Source of the DNA: Mycobacteriales bacterium
GTDB taxonomy: Bacteria; Actinomycetota; Actinomycetes; Mycobacteriales; SCTD01
Assembly (NCBI GenBank): GCA_038256525.1
Contig: JBBSKF010000005.1
Span: 1-54,036, forward strand
Reading direction: 5' to 3'
DNA: 54,036 bases
The notes below the pieces were generated by a model that worked only from the letters and a program-made list of their open reading frames with translations, ran no database searches and had not been told where the DNA came from. This document shows, in pieces, positions 22,464-32,640 of this stretch. The position numbers and the translations under genes are program-made. The stretch's first letter is position 1. Each line of letters begins with the position of its first letter.

Positions 22464-24077
22464 CTACTGCGCTGCGCGCTTGCGCAGGACCAGGCCGGAG
22501 CCGGCGAGAGCCAGTCCGACCAGTGCGATGCTCACCGGCAGGGCGGGGATGCCGCCGTCGGCCAGACCGCCGAAGCCGGTCGCCACGCCACCGGTCGGGG
22601 TGCCACCGGTCCGGTTGCCACCGGTGCCGGCCGTGCCACCGGAACTCGGAGCGCCACCGCTCGGTGCCGCAGCGGCCCGCAGGCGGGTGGCCCGGGGGTC
22701 GGTGCTGGAGCCGGACTCGGGCAGCGCGAGATACGGGAACGTCGAGCCGAAGGCCTTGTCGTTCTCGTTGACACCGTCACCGGCGGCGAGCGCCTGGACG
22801 ATCGTGCCGGTGCGGACGGCGCCCACCAGCGCCTGGATCTCGATGTCGACCACGTCGTCGATCAGCCGGCGCCCGTTGGGGAACCCGGCGGTGTCCTTGG
22901 CCAGCACACCGAGCCGGTTGGGGTTCGCCGACGGCGGGATCTTGGTGTTGAGCCGCTGCATCTCGGCCGGCGTCACCGTCGGCGGCTTGTTCAGACCTTC
23001 GACGCCGGTCAGGAAGATGGCGAAGATGTCGTCACGGGGCGCTGCGGGGGCCGGGATCTTGTAGATGGACTCGATGAGCTTGGGCACCTCGGGGTCGTTC
23101 ACCTTGGCGACGACCGCCGGCACGGTGGCGTCCGCCTCGGGCGGCAGCGAGTTGAAGGCGTCCTTGAGGCCGGCGGGCACGACGACCTCGTTCACCAGCG
23201 GCATGCCGAGGCGCGAGACCTGGACGAAGTCGCCGGTCGGCTCGGACTTCCCGGCCGACAGGGTCATGGTCTGCTGGTCGGTGGTCGACCAGACCCCGAT
23301 GATGCCGCTGCCGTCACCGCCTTCAGTGATCTTGGCCACCGGCACCTGCAGGGCGATGGCGTTGACGTTGTAGTTCGTCAGCGTGTCGTTGCCGACCTCC
23401 GACAGGTCACCGCCGTAGAGAAGGTCGAAGACCCGCAGATCCAGGAAGAACGGGTCGTCGGCCTGGCCGGCGAAGGTCCTGCCACCGTCGGACGTGGAGG
23501 TGATGGCTTCGTCGCGCAACGCCGCGTAGTTCGGCATCGAGGCGTCACCGACACGGGAGGGAGCGACCTTCGCGTTGTCGACCAGCACCGTCGCGGCGCC
23601 GCCCTCGTCGATCGCCTCGAGCTTGTAGGTCTGCTTGAACAGCAGCGTGGCGTCGTTGAAGGAGTTCACGGCGCCGTTGTTGTAGAGGAAGGTGTTCGTG
23701 CCACGGGTGTCGATGTTGCTGAACGTCCAGCGGTAGGTGATGTCCGGCTTGGCGTCACCGTTGTTGTCGACCTTGATGTTGTAGCGGTAGCCGTCGGCGC
23801 CCCAGGGGTAGAAGTTCGGGCCACCGGAGGGCTCCTGGAAGGGAATCCAGTTGGCGATCAGCGTCACCGTGTCCGGCTTGTCCGGGCTGACGAACGCGTA
23901 GGTGTCGGTGTTGTCCGACAGCGGATTCGCCGCGGTCAGCGGCGCTTCGCGGTGGCTGGAGGCGCTTCCGGTGCTGGGCCCGAGGGCCACTCCTGTGCCG
24001 ACGACGGCCAGGCCGGCTGCGACGAGCGCACGGCCGGCGCGACGCGCCGACACATGTCGTGAGGGGACTGTGCTCAT
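22464..24077 (-). CDS. DUF4331 family secreted protein with C-terminal sorting signal
   Basis: Signal peptide then ASSHREAP, DNTDTYAF, GQADDPFFLD, QVSRLGMPLVNE, GFPNGRR..DDVVD, FPYL; C-terminus PTGGVATG plus TM plus RKR. Confidence 0.88.
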   Translation of the reverse strand: MSTVPSRHVSARRAGRALVAAGLAVVGTGVALGPSTGSASSHREAPLTAANPLSDNTDTYAFVSPDKPDTVTLIANWIPFQEPSGGPNFYPWGADGYRYNIKVDNNGDAKPDITYRWTFSNIDTRGTNTFLYNNGAVNSFNDATLLFKQTYKLEAIDEGGAATVLVDNAKVAPSRVGDASMPNYAALRDEAITSTSDGGRTFAGQADDPFFLDLRVFDLLYGGDLSEVGNDTLTNYNVNAIALQVPVAKITEGGDGSGIIGVWSTTDQQTMTLSAGKSEPTGDFVQVSRLGMPLVNEVVVPAGLKDAFNSLPPEADATVPAVVAKVNDPEVPKLIESIYKIPAPAAPRDDIFAIFLTGVEGLNKPPTVTPAEMQRLNTKIPPSANPNRLGVLAKDTAGFPNGRRLIDDVVDIEIQALVGAVRTGTIVQALAAGDGVNENDKAFGSTFPYLALPESGSSTDPRATRLRAAAAPSGGAPSSGGTAGTGGNRTGGTPTGGVATGFGGLADGGIPALPVSIALVGLALAGSGLVLRKRAAQ

Positions 24078-24351
24078 GGAACTCCCTGCAGTCGCGTCCC
24101 GAATCGGGACGTCCTCGCCTGCCTCCCTGGTGGAGGGCAGAGGAGACGCGGAGAAGGCCGTCCCCACGGCAGCGTACGTACGACTCGGGCATAAGGTTCA
24201 TTCAGGCTCATCTGGAGACCTCGTCAGTCGGTTGTCCGAATGGGCCGGCGGGACCTTTCGCGAGTTGAATTGACCGGTCTGGCAAGCCGTGACGTCCTGT
24301 CGCACGAATGTCTTCCGAGAAGTCGTGTGCCTCTGGTGGAAGGACGGCTTG

Positions 24352-25653
24352 ATGCAGCGCAGGATGCGAGGTGCGCTTTCCGTGGCCGCCGTTCTCGGGC
24401 TGGCTGCGGGGCTGCTCGCCGTCGGCGCGGGCGCCGGGCCGCCGCCGGACTCGACGTCGACGAGCGCGGCAGGCGGAGCGGCAAATCCTGCTCTGCAGGG
24501 CATCACCGGTCTGCAGGCCGAGTTGAAGCGCGTTCCCGGGAACTACCCGAAGTGGTCGGCTCTCGGCATGGCCTACGTCCAGCAGGCGCGACTCACCGCC
24601 GACCCGACCCTCTACGGCAAGGCCGAGGGGGCTTTCGAGATGTCGTTGCAGCTGCGTCCGTCCGACAACGACGCTGCGCTGACCGGCCAGGCAACCCTGG
24701 CCGCGGCCAGGCACGATTTCGCGGGTGCCCTGGCCCTGACCGACCAGAGCCTGGCGATCAACGACTTCAGCGCGACCACCTATGCGGTCCGGTTCGATGC
24801 CCTCAACGAGCTCGGCCGGTACGACGACGCGCAGGTGGCCGTGCAGAGGGTGCTGGACCTGCGCCCGGGCCTGGACGCGCTGGTCCGGGCGTCGTACGCC
24901 CTGGAGCTGCGGGGGAACGTCGAGGGCGCCCGCGATCTGCTGCAGCGGGCGGCGTCGAGCGCAAGAGCACCCAGCGACATCGCCTTCGCGCAGTACTACC
25001 TCGGCGAGCTCGCGTGGAACAACGGGGACCTGCCCGGTGCCCGTGCCGCCTACCTGGCCGCGCTCGAGGCTGATCCCGGTTACCTGGCCGCTGTCGGGGG
25101 ACGCGCCAAGGTTTCGGCCGCCTCGGGTGATGTCGAGGCCGCCGGGGTGGACTATCGCAGGGTGGTCGAGCAGCTGCCGGCGCCGGAGTTCCTGGTCGCC
25201 TACGGCGAACTGCTCGAGTCGACCGGGCAGACCGACGCCGCACAGGAGCAGTACGCCGTCGTTCGCGCGACGCAGCAGCTGTTCGCTGCGAACGGCCAGG
25301 ACGTGGACACCGAGCTCGCGCTGTTCGAGGCCGACCACGGCACCCCGTCAGCCGCTGTCGCGAGCGCGGAGAAGGCTTACGCCAAGCGTCCCCTCGCCGT
25401 ACTGACCCAGGACGCCTACGCCTGGGCACTGCACTCCGCCGGCCGATCTGCGGAGGCGCTGCCCATCGCCCGGCAGGCCGCCCGGCTCGGCCTGCGCTCA
25501 CCGGTCCTCGCCTATCACCTCGGCGTCATCGAGGCCGCCGCCGGCGATCGCGTCGCGGCCCGCAGCTCCCTGCAGCGGGCCCTCGACCTCAACCCGGCCT
25601 TTCATCCGCTCCAGGCGCCGAGAGCCCGCGCCCTGCTGGCGACGCTCGGCTGA
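24352..25653 (+). CDS. Exported tetratricopeptide-repeat protein
   Basis: Signal peptide; repeated TPR helices (WSALGMAY, YYLGELAW, DAYAWAL, YHLGVI, ALDLNPAF). Confidence 0.85.
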   Translation: MQRRMRGALSVAAVLGLAAGLLAVGAGAGPPPDSTSTSAAGGAANPALQGITGLQAELKRVPGNYPKWSALGMAYVQQARLTADPTLYGKAEGAFEMSLQLRPSDNDAALTGQATLAAARHDFAGALALTDQSLAINDFSATTYAVRFDALNELGRYDDAQVAVQRVLDLRPGLDALVRASYALELRGNVEGARDLLQRAASSARAPSDIAFAQYYLGELAWNNGDLPGARAAYLAALEADPGYLAAVGGRAKVSAASGDVEAAGVDYRRVVEQLPAPEFLVAYGELLESTGQTDAAQEQYAVVRATQQLFAANGQDVDTELALFEADHGTPSAAVASAEKAYAKRPLAVLTQDAYAWALHSAGRSAEALPIARQAARLGLRSPVLAYHLGVIEAAAGDRVAARSSLQRALDLNPAFHPLQAPRARALLATLG

Positions 25654-25666
25654 GTGCGGCGCGTCC

Positions 25667-26839
25667 TCAGACGTAGCGCTCGAGGATGGAGCTCTCCGCG
25701 AGCCGGGACAGTCCCTCGCGCACGCTGCGCGCCCGGGTCTCGCCGACGCCGTCGACGACCTGCAGGTCGTCGATCCCGGCGGCGAGCAGCTTCTGCAGCC
25801 CACCGAAGTGCTCCACGAGGCGATCCACGACCAGGTTGGGGAGCCGAGGGACCTTGGCGAGCAGCCGGTAGCCGCGCGGGCTGGCCGCCATCTCGAGCGC
25901 GTCGGCGTCCGGCCGGAACCCGACCGCCCGCGCGACCGAAGACAGGTCGAGCAGCTCGCCGGCCGTCAGGCTGTCCAGCGCAGCGAGGGCGTCGTCGAGC
26001 CGGCGGGCCCGGCGACCGCTGCCGGAGATGAGGTAGTCGCGCACGATCAGCTCGCGCTCGGCCTCGACGCCGGCCATCAGCTCGTCGAGCTGAAGCGACA
26101 GCAGCCGTCCGTCGGTGCCGAGCTCGACGACGTAGCCCTCGATCTCGGTGGCGATCCGGCGCACCATCTCGAGGCGCTGGCTGACCGCCATCGCGTCCCG
26201 GACGGTGACCAGGTCCTCGATCTCGAGGGCGGAAAGCGTCCCGGCGACCTCGTCGAGCCGGAGCTTGTAGCGCTCGAGCGTGGCGAGCGCCTGGTTGGCC
26301 CGGGACAGGATGGAGGCGCTGTCGTCGAGGACGTAGCGGCGCCCGTCCACGTAGAGCGCGATGATCCGCATGGACTGGCTGACCGTGATGACCGGGTTGC
26401 CGGTCTGCTTCGCGACCCGCTCCGCGGTGCGGTGGCGGGTGCCGGTCTCCTCGGTCGGGATGCTCGGGTCGGGGACCAGCTGCACGCTGGCCAGCACGAT
26501 CCGGTCCAGGTCGCCGGTGACGACGACCGCTCCGTCCATCTTGGACAACTCGCGCAGCCGGGTCGCGGAGAACGCGACGTTGAGCTCGAAGCCGCCGGTG
26601 CACAGCGCCAGCACGGCCTTGTCGTTGCCGAGCACGATCAGGGCCCCGGTGTTGCCCCTCAGGATGCGCTCGAGACCGTCGCGCAGGGCCGTGCCGGGAG
26701 CGACCGCGGCCAGGGTGGAGCGCAGGAGATCGTCGGTGGTCGCCACCTGCCGCCCCCTTGCTCGACTCGCCCGTGCGGCGAAGTCTAGGGAGCGCGTGAA
26801 GCTGGACCGGAGCGGCTCGGTCACCGCATCGCCGCTCAC
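25667..26839 (-). CDS. disA: DNA integrity scanning diadenylate cyclase
   Basis: VAPGT.LR, KMDGA, GTRHRTA, SRANQAL.TLERY, C-terminal HhH (DGVG). Confidence 0.96.
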   Translation of the reverse strand: MSGDAVTEPLRSSFTRSLDFAARASRARGRQVATTDDLLRSTLAAVAPGTALRDGLERILRGNTGALIVLGNDKAVLALCTGGFELNVAFSATRLRELSKMDGAVVVTGDLDRIVLASVQLVPDPSIPTEETGTRHRTAERVAKQTGNPVITVSQSMRIIALYVDGRRYVLDDSASILSRANQALATLERYKLRLDEVAGTLSALEIEDLVTVRDAMAVSQRLEMVRRIATEIEGYVVELGTDGRLLSLQLDELMAGVEAERELIVRDYLISGSGRRARRLDDALAALDSLTAGELLDLSSVARAVGFRPDADALEMAASPRGYRLLAKVPRLPNLVVDRLVEHFGGLQKLLAAGIDDLQVVDGVGETRARSVREGLSRLAESSILERYV

Positions 26840-28239
26840 ACGACGTTGAGGGGACGGCGCGGTCCCACTGACCGCAGGGTGGCGAGGTTGGTCAGGGCCT
26901 GCAGGGCCTGCGGCAGGTCGCCGACCTCGAGGACGCGGATGCCGTGTGGAGCCCGCCCGCTGCCGGCCGGCACGATGGCGCGGGTGAAGCCCAGCCGTGC
27001 CGCCTCGGTCAGCCGGCGCTGCACGCCGCCCACCGGGCGCAGCTCACCGGAGAGCCCGAGCTCGCCGATCGCCACGACGTCGACCGGCAGGGCCCGGTCG
27101 TTGACGGCGCTCGCGACCGCGAGGGCGACCGCGAGGTCCGCGGCCGGCTCGAGCAGGCGCATGCCGCCGACGGTGGCGGTGTAGACGTCGCTGCCGGCGA
27201 GCCTGACCTCGCCGCGGCGCTCCACGATCGCGAGCACCATCGCCACCCGGGCGTTGTCCAGCCCGGACACGGCCCGACGCGGGTTGGCGGCCTGCGTCTG
27301 CGCGACGAGCGCCTGGACCTCCGCGAGCATCGGGCGGCGTCCCTCCACGGTGACCGTCACGCAGGTCCCGGGCACCGGGGCGCCGCGCGCAGACAGGAAC
27401 AGCCCTGACGGGTCGGCCAGCCCGCAGATGCCGGTGTCGCCGAGCGTGAAGCAGCCGACCTCGTCGGCCGGGCCGAAGCGGTTCTTCACCGCTCGAACCA
27501 TACGCAGGGGTGAGTGCCGGTCACCCTCGAAATGCAGGACCACGTCGACGAGGTGCTCGAGCAGGCGCGGTCCGGCTATCGCGCCGTCCTTCGTGACGTG
27601 GCCGACCAGCACGGTCGCGATGCCCCGCTGCTTGGCCAGGCCGATGAGCGCCGCGGCGACCGCACGGACCTGGGTGACGCCGCCGGCGCTTCCCTCGACC
27701 TGCGTGCTGGCGATGGTCTGGACGCTGTCCACGACGAGCAGCCCGGGTCCGACCGCGTCGACGTGGGACAGCACCGCCGCGAGATCGGTCTCCGCGGCGA
27801 GCCACAGGTGGGGATCGAGGCCACCCGTGCGGCCCGCTCGCAGCCGGACCTGGGCGGCCGACTCCTCGCCCGTCACGTAGAGGGTCGGCGATCCGGCCCT
27901 GGCCGCCCGGGCGGCCATCTCGAGCGTCAGGGTGCTCTTGCCGACGCCCGGCTCCCCGGCGAGAAGGACGACAGCGCCAGGCACGAGTCCGCCGCCGAGA
28001 ACCCGGTCGAGCTCGCTCACCCCGGTCGGGACGGCCCGGGCGTCCTCGACGTCGACCTGGTCGATGGGGCGGGCCGGTGCGCTGACCGGCCCGGCCTCGA
28101 GTCGGACCCGGGTGGCACCGACCTCGGCGAGCGATCCCCAGGCCTGGCACTGCGGGCACTGCCCGAGCCACTTGCCGACGGTCACGCCACACTCTGCACA
28201 GCGGTGGGTCGGGCGGACCCGTGCGCTCGTCACCGCCAT
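26836..28239 (-). CDS. radA: DNA repair protein RadA/Sms
   Basis: C4 zinc finger, [27 protein letters not shown]. Confidence 0.96.
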   Translation of the reverse strand: MAVTSARVRPTHRCAECGVTVGKWLGQCPQCQAWGSLAEVGATRVRLEAGPVSAPARPIDQVDVEDARAVPTGVSELDRVLGGGLVPGAVVLLAGEPGVGKSTLTLEMAARAARAGSPTLYVTGEESAAQVRLRAGRTGGLDPHLWLAAETDLAAVLSHVDAVGPGLLVVDSVQTIASTQVEGSAGGVTQVRAVAAALIGLAKQRGIATVLVGHVTKDGAIAGPRLLEHLVDVVLHFEGDRHSPLRMVRAVKNRFGPADEVGCFTLGDTGICGLADPSGLFLSARGAPVPGTCVTVTVEGRRPMLAEVQALVAQTQAANPRRAVSGLDNARVAMVLAIVERRGEVRLAGSDVYTATVGGMRLLEPAADLAVALAVASAVNDRALPVDVVAIGELGLSGELRPVGGVQRRLTEAARLGFTRAIVPAGSGRAPHGIRVLEVGDLPQALQALTNLATLRSVGPRRPLNVV

Positions 28240-28246
28240 GGGGCAG

Positions 28247-28268
28247 ACGTTATCGGTGCACGCCGACA
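28247..28268 (-). promoter_or_regulatory. PafBC-type (RecA-NDp) DNA-damage promoter of radA-disA
   Basis: Minus strand reads TGTCGG-cgtgcaccga (10 nt)-TAACGT, 7 nt before the radA ATG; matches TGTCGG-N10-TANNNT. Confidence 0.75.
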
Positions 28269-28285
28269 GGCGCGCCCGCCGTCGG

Positions 28286-28864
28286 CTACTCCTTCTCCTT
28301 CTCGCTGTGCCCGCCGGTCGGGGCCTGCAGGGCCGGCTCACCCTCGCCACCCTCTTCGCCCGTGTAGATCGGCCGGTCCGACTCCCCGGTCAGGGCGATC
28401 GGGACGAGCGCCTCGACCGTGCCGTTGTCCTCGAAGCGGAACGTCATCTCGACGAACTCGCCCGGGCCCACCCGCTCGGTGAGACCTTGGATCTCCAGCG
28501 TGACCCGGTCCCCGGTGCTGCCTGAGCCGGGCACCTCCGGTCGGCCTGGCCGGCCGTCGTCGAGCACCACGACCTTCTCCGCACCGGGCGAGGTCACCGA
28601 CACCAGCCGGTCGGCCTCGGCGGCGCGGTTGATCACGGTGAGCACGACCTCGGCGTCCTCGCCCACGTCGTAGGCCTCACCCTGCTCCGGCGCAAGCACC
28701 GACACGTTGCGCAGGGCCAAGGAACCAACCTCGAGGTTGCTGGCCTCCGGGGCGGTGCGCAACCCGTACGTCTGGGGGCGCAGACCAGCGCCGCACCCGC
28801 TCAGCGACACTGCCGCGAGCACGACAACGGCGAGTGCGGTCGGGCGGCCACGAAGTGCGGTCAC
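28286..28864 (-). CDS. LpqE-like lipoprotein
   Basis: Lipobox [24 protein letters not shown]; divergent from carD as in other actinobacteria. Confidence 0.7.
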   Translation of the reverse strand: MTALRGRPTALAVVVLAAVSLSGCGAGLRPQTYGLRTAPEASNLEVGSLALRNVSVLAPEQGEAYDVGEDAEVVLTVINRAAEADRLVSVTSPGAEKVVVLDDGRPGRPEVPGSGSTGDRVTLEIQGLTERVGPGEFVEMTFRFEDNGTVEALVPIALTGESDRPIYTGEEGGEGEPALQAPTGGHSEKEKE

Positions 28865-29087
28865 GGTGCGGCTCCCGGGCGAAAAGGGCGTCATGGGCGG
28901 GGGGCATACCGTATCCATGCGGCCTGACCCGCGCCACGCTGCCCGGTCGTGGCACCCGACGGAAGTCGCCTGCAGCACTCGAACCGGCGTCTGTCAAGAC
29001 CTGGCTATGCCTCTGACCTGCAACGATGGTGACCGGAGCCACATCGCCCCGTGTTACGATGAGCGCGGCGAGAGGGGCCACACACAC

Positions 29088-29570
29088 ATGACGTTCGCAG
29101 TTGGCGAGACTGTCGTCTACCCGCACCACGGGGCCGCGCTCATCGAGGCCATCGAGACCCGCACCATTGCAGGCGAAGATCGTATCTACCTCGTGCTGAA
29201 GGTGGCGCAGGGGGACCTGACCGTCCGGGTGCCCGCTGACAACGCCGAGATCGTCGGTGTCCGCGACGTCGTCGGCCAGGCCGGCCTCGACAAGGTGTTC
29301 GAGGTCCTGCGTGCCCCGGCGGTCGAGGAGCCGACCAACTGGTCGCGTCGCTACAAGGCCAACCTGGAGAAGCTCGCCTCCGGTGACATCAACAAGGTCG
29401 GCGAGGTCGTGCGTGACCTGTGGCGTCGCGACAAGGAGCGGGGTCTGTCCGCCGGCGAGAAGCGCATGCTCTCCAAGGCCCGCCAGATCCTCGTCAGCGA
29501 GCTCGCGCTTGCCGAGGGGACCAACGAGGACAAGGCCGAGACCATCCTCGACGAGGTTCTCGCTTCCTAG
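29088..29570 (+). CDS. carD: RNA polymerase-binding factor CarD
   Basis: [31 protein letters not shown]. Confidence 0.97.
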   Translation: MTFAVGETVVYPHHGAALIEAIETRTIAGEDRIYLVLKVAQGDLTVRVPADNAEIVGVRDVVGQAGLDKVFEVLRAPAVEEPTNWSRRYKANLEKLASGDINKVGEVVRDLWRRDKERGLSAGEKRMLSKARQILVSELALAEGTNEDKAETILDEVLAS

Positions 29571-29612
29571 CGACCCCTCCTGCTGTGAGGCGGTCCTGCC
29601 GATGGCACCATC

Positions 29613-30878
29613 ATGACCCTTCGCGGCGCAATGACCGGTCGAGGCGACCGGAGCAGCCGCGCGACCGGCCCGGGACCTGCTGGGCAGGCGGCTGCTCCTC
29701 CTGTGCGGCCGACGCGGACCCCCCGCACGCCCTACGCCGTGCTCGAGGCGCTCCGCCTGCTGGTTGTCGTCTTCTTCGCCGGCGCCGGCTACCAGATCGG
29801 CACCGCCGTGGACGGCGACCGGCTCGTGCTCGGTGCGCTCAACGGCACGGCCCTCGGCTTGGTGCTCGGTTGCGGCTTCGGCTACGTGCTCGGGGGCGTG
29901 CTCGGTCGCCGGACGGCTGCCGCGGCCGAGGTCACCCGCACTCGGCTGCACGAGGTCTCTGCCGACACCCTCGTTGCCGGTGCCGTCGGCGTGGTGGGCG
30001 GCGTGCTGCTCGGAGCTGGTGTGGCCTGGCCGGTCTTCCTGCTGCCGCAGACCTACCTCGCCTTCCCGCTGTTCGGCTTCGTCGTCGTGGTGCTCGGCTA
30101 CATCGGCTCGCAGATCGCGATGAGCAAGCGGGACGGTGTGCTGGCCCTGTTCGGCGAGCGGGCCGGCCGCGTGCCCCGGCTGCTGCCGCCCTCGGCGGTG
30201 CCGCGGGTCATCGACACCTCGGTGGCCGTGGACGGCCGGGTGTTGGACGTGGTGCGGGCCGGCTTCCTCCACGGCACCCTGTGGGTGCCCAACCCTGTGC
30301 TCGCCGAGCTCCAGGGGCTCGCTGACGCCGGCGACGACCTGCGACGGGCCCGCGGTCGACGCGGGCTCGAGGTGCTCGAGGCGCTGCAGCGCGAGGACGG
30401 GGTGGAGGTGGAGGTGCTCGACCTCGACGTGCCGGGTGTCCACGAGGTCGACGCGAAGCTGGTCCGGATCTGCCTCGACCGGGGGGCGGCGCTGCTCACC
30501 CTCGACACCAACCTCGCCAAGGCTGCTGGTCTGGCCGGGGTGCGGGTGCTCAACCTCCATGCTCTGTCGCTCGCGATGCGACCGCCGGTCGCGGCCGGGG
30601 ACGATGTTCCCGTGCTTTTGCTCAAGGCCGGCAAGGAGTCGGGGCAGGCGGTCGGTTATCTCGACGACGGCTCGATGGTGGTGGTGGAGCGCGCCCGCAG
30701 CCGCTTGGGCGCGCAGGTGCCTGTGCGGGTGACCAGCGTGCTGACGACCGCGAATGGGCGGCTGGTGTTCGGGCGGCCGGCGGACGAGCGGGAGGACCCC
30801 CCGACCCCTCGGCCCCGCTCGGCGACTGCGCTGTCCCCCCCGTCGCCGGCCGCCATGCCCGCCCGTCGCCGGCCTTGA
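29613..30878 (+). CDS. Membrane PIN/TRAM-domain protein (YacL-like)
   Basis: Four TM helices; DTS..DGR, VLAELQ..AD, RGRRGL, EVDAKL, TLDTNL, K.GKE.GQAVGYLDDG.MVVVE, VTSVL.T..GRLVF. Confidence 0.88.
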   Translation: MTLRGAMTGRGDRSSRATGPGPAGQAAAPPVRPTRTPRTPYAVLEALRLLVVVFFAGAGYQIGTAVDGDRLVLGALNGTALGLVLGCGFGYVLGGVLGRRTAAAAEVTRTRLHEVSADTLVAGAVGVVGGVLLGAGVAWPVFLLPQTYLAFPLFGFVVVVLGYIGSQIAMSKRDGVLALFGERAGRVPRLLPPSAVPRVIDTSVAVDGRVLDVVRAGFLHGTLWVPNPVLAELQGLADAGDDLRRARGRRGLEVLEALQREDGVEVEVLDLDVPGVHEVDAKLVRICLDRGAALLTLDTNLAKAAGLAGVRVLNLHALSLAMRPPVAAGDDVPVLLLKAGKESGQAVGYLDDGSMVVVERARSRLGAQVPVRVTSVLTTANGRLVFGRPADEREDPPTPRPRSATALSPPSPAAMPARRRP

Positions 30879-31588
30879 GGCCTGCGCAGGCCGGTTCCGA
30901 CCCGGTGGGAGCGCTCGTGCCCGCTGCCGGCCTCGGCGTGCGGCTCGGTCCGGGCGAACCCAAGGCCTTGCGCGAACTGGCCGGCGAGCCGCTGCTGGTG
31001 CACGCCGTCCGCATGCTGCGCTCGGCGCCCTCGATCGGGCCGGTCGTGGTCGCCGCACCCGCGCCGGACGTCGAGGCCGTGAGCAGGCTGCTCGCGGCGT
31101 ACGACGTCGTCGTGGTTCCCGGCGGGAGCGACCGGCAGGCCTCGGTCCGGTCTGCGCTCGCGGCGCTGGAACCGGGCATCGAGCTGGTGCTGGTGCACGA
31201 CGCGGCCCGCTGCCTCACGCCCCGTCAGGTGATCGAGGCCGTGGTCGCGGCGTTGCGGGCCGGGGCCGACGCCGTCGTGCCGGTGCTGCCGATCGTCGAC
31301 ACCGTCAAGCACGTCGACGGCGTACGGGTGCTGGGCACCGTCGACCGAGGGGCGCTGCGGGCGGTGCAGACGCCGCAAGGGTTCCGCCGACAGGTGCTCG
31401 AGTCGGCACACGCAGCCGGACGCTCGGCGGCGACCGACGACGCCGGCCTGGTGGAGGCGCTGGGCGGGCGAGTGACGACGGTCCCTGGGAACGACGAGGC
31501 ATTCAAGATCACCCGCCCGCTGGACCTGTTGCTCGCTGAAGCCGTCCTGGCCGCGCGCTCCTCCCGGAGCGGCCGACATGGCCGCTGA
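30875..31588 (+). CDS. ispD: 2-C-methyl-D-erythritol 4-phosphate cytidylyltransferase
   Basis: PAAG.G.RLG, GG.DRQASV, VHDAAR, QTPQGF, TDDA, KITRP.DL. Start may be a few codons downstream. Confidence 0.95.
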   Translation: MRPAQAGSDPVGALVPAAGLGVRLGPGEPKALRELAGEPLLVHAVRMLRSAPSIGPVVVAAPAPDVEAVSRLLAAYDVVVVPGGSDRQASVRSALAALEPGIELVLVHDAARCLTPRQVIEAVVAALRAGADAVVPVLPIVDTVKHVDGVRVLGTVDRGALRAVQTPQGFRRQVLESAHAAGRSAATDDAGLVEALGGRVTTVPGNDEAFKITRPLDLLLAEAVLAARSSRSGRHGR

Positions 31589-32057
31589 GCTGCCGCGGGT
31601 CGGGATCGGGGTCGACGTGCACCCGTTCCAGGCCGGCCGAGCGTGCTGGGTGGCCGGGCTGCGCTGGGAAGGCGTCGACGGGCTCGCCGGCCACTCCGAC
31701 GGCGACGTCGCCGCCCATGCCGCCTGCGATGCGCTGCTCTCAGCCGCCGGCCTGGGCGATCTGGGTGGCACCTTCGGCACCGCAGACCCGACGTGGGCGG
31801 GTGCATCCGGGGCGGCGCTGCTGGCCGAGACGGCGCGCCGGCTCGAGGACGCCGGTTTCCGGATCGGCAACGTCGCGGTGCAGGTGGTCGGCAACGCCCC
31901 CCGACTCGGCCCACGCCGCGCCGAGGCCGAGGCGGTCCTGTCCGCCGCGCTCGGCGCGCCGGTCAGCGTCTCCGCAACCACCACCGACGGTCTCGGGCTG
32001 ACCGGGCGCGGCGAGGGGCTGGCCGCCATCGCCACCGCCCTGGTCGTCCTGGGCTGA
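31578..32057 (+). CDS. ispF: 2-C-methyl-D-erythritol 2,4-cyclodiphosphate synthase
   Basis: [35 protein letters not shown]. Confidence 0.96.
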   Translation: MAAELPRVGIGVDVHPFQAGRACWVAGLRWEGVDGLAGHSDGDVAAHAACDALLSAAGLGDLGGTFGTADPTWAGASGAALLAETARRLEDAGFRIGNVAVQVVGNAPRLGPRRAEAEAVLSAALGAPVSVSATTTDGLGLTGRGEGLAAIATALVVLG

Positions 32058-32060
32058 GCG

Positions 32061-32573
32061 TCAGGGCCAGTCGATGTCCTCGGTCACCCCGGCGGTCGTC
32101 AGCCCGAGCAGGCGGCTGGCATCGACCTCTTCGTACGCCCCGTCGGTCAGTGCCCAGATGCGGACCGTATGTTCCAGCGGGTCGACGACCCAGAGCTCCT
32201 CGACCCCGTGCTCGGCGTAGAAGTCGAATTTCGCGAACGTCTCGTCGCCGGGCGACAGGACCTCGATCAGCAGGGCGGCGCTCGGGAAGTACAGGTGGTC
32301 CGGCGATCCTCGGTGGAAGCCCAGATCCGGCACCCGGAAGTTCTTCGGCTCGCCGAGGTTGAACGACCCGCCGGCCCGCAGACCGGCCGCCCGCGCCGGC
32401 TCCCGCAGCACGGCGACAAGGTCCATCGCCACCGCGCCGTTGCGCCCGTGCTCGTGAGGTGCCACGTGGTAGACCCCCTCCCACACCTCGTCCCGGCCGT
32501 CCTGGCCCAGCGCCCTGCGCTGCTCCAGCCAGGCCTCGACGACGGGCTCGTGGCCCACCACGAAAGTGCTCAT
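32061..32573 (-). CDS. Uma2-family putative restriction endonuclease
   Basis: EVWEG, VPDLG, IEVLSP, K..FY...GV.E.WVVDP; TACGAT 7 nt before the ATG. Confidence 0.88.
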   Translation of the reverse strand: MSTFVVGHEPVVEAWLEQRRALGQDGRDEVWEGVYHVAPHEHGRNGAVAMDLVAVLREPARAAGLRAGGSFNLGEPKNFRVPDLGFHRGSPDHLYFPSAALLIEVLSPGDETFAKFDFYAEHGVEELWVVDPLEHTVRIWALTDGAYEEVDASRLLGLTTAGVTEDIDWP

Positions 32574-32640
32574 GGCGTCGATCGTACGAGCCGGCCCGGC
32601 CCTCGGGAAGCAGACGCGCCCGCCGGTAGCCTTTCCGCCT

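Noticed and set aside
28286-28864. Copper chaperone PCu(A)C call
   Set aside because: The His/Met copper-binding motif is absent; kept as LpqE-like.
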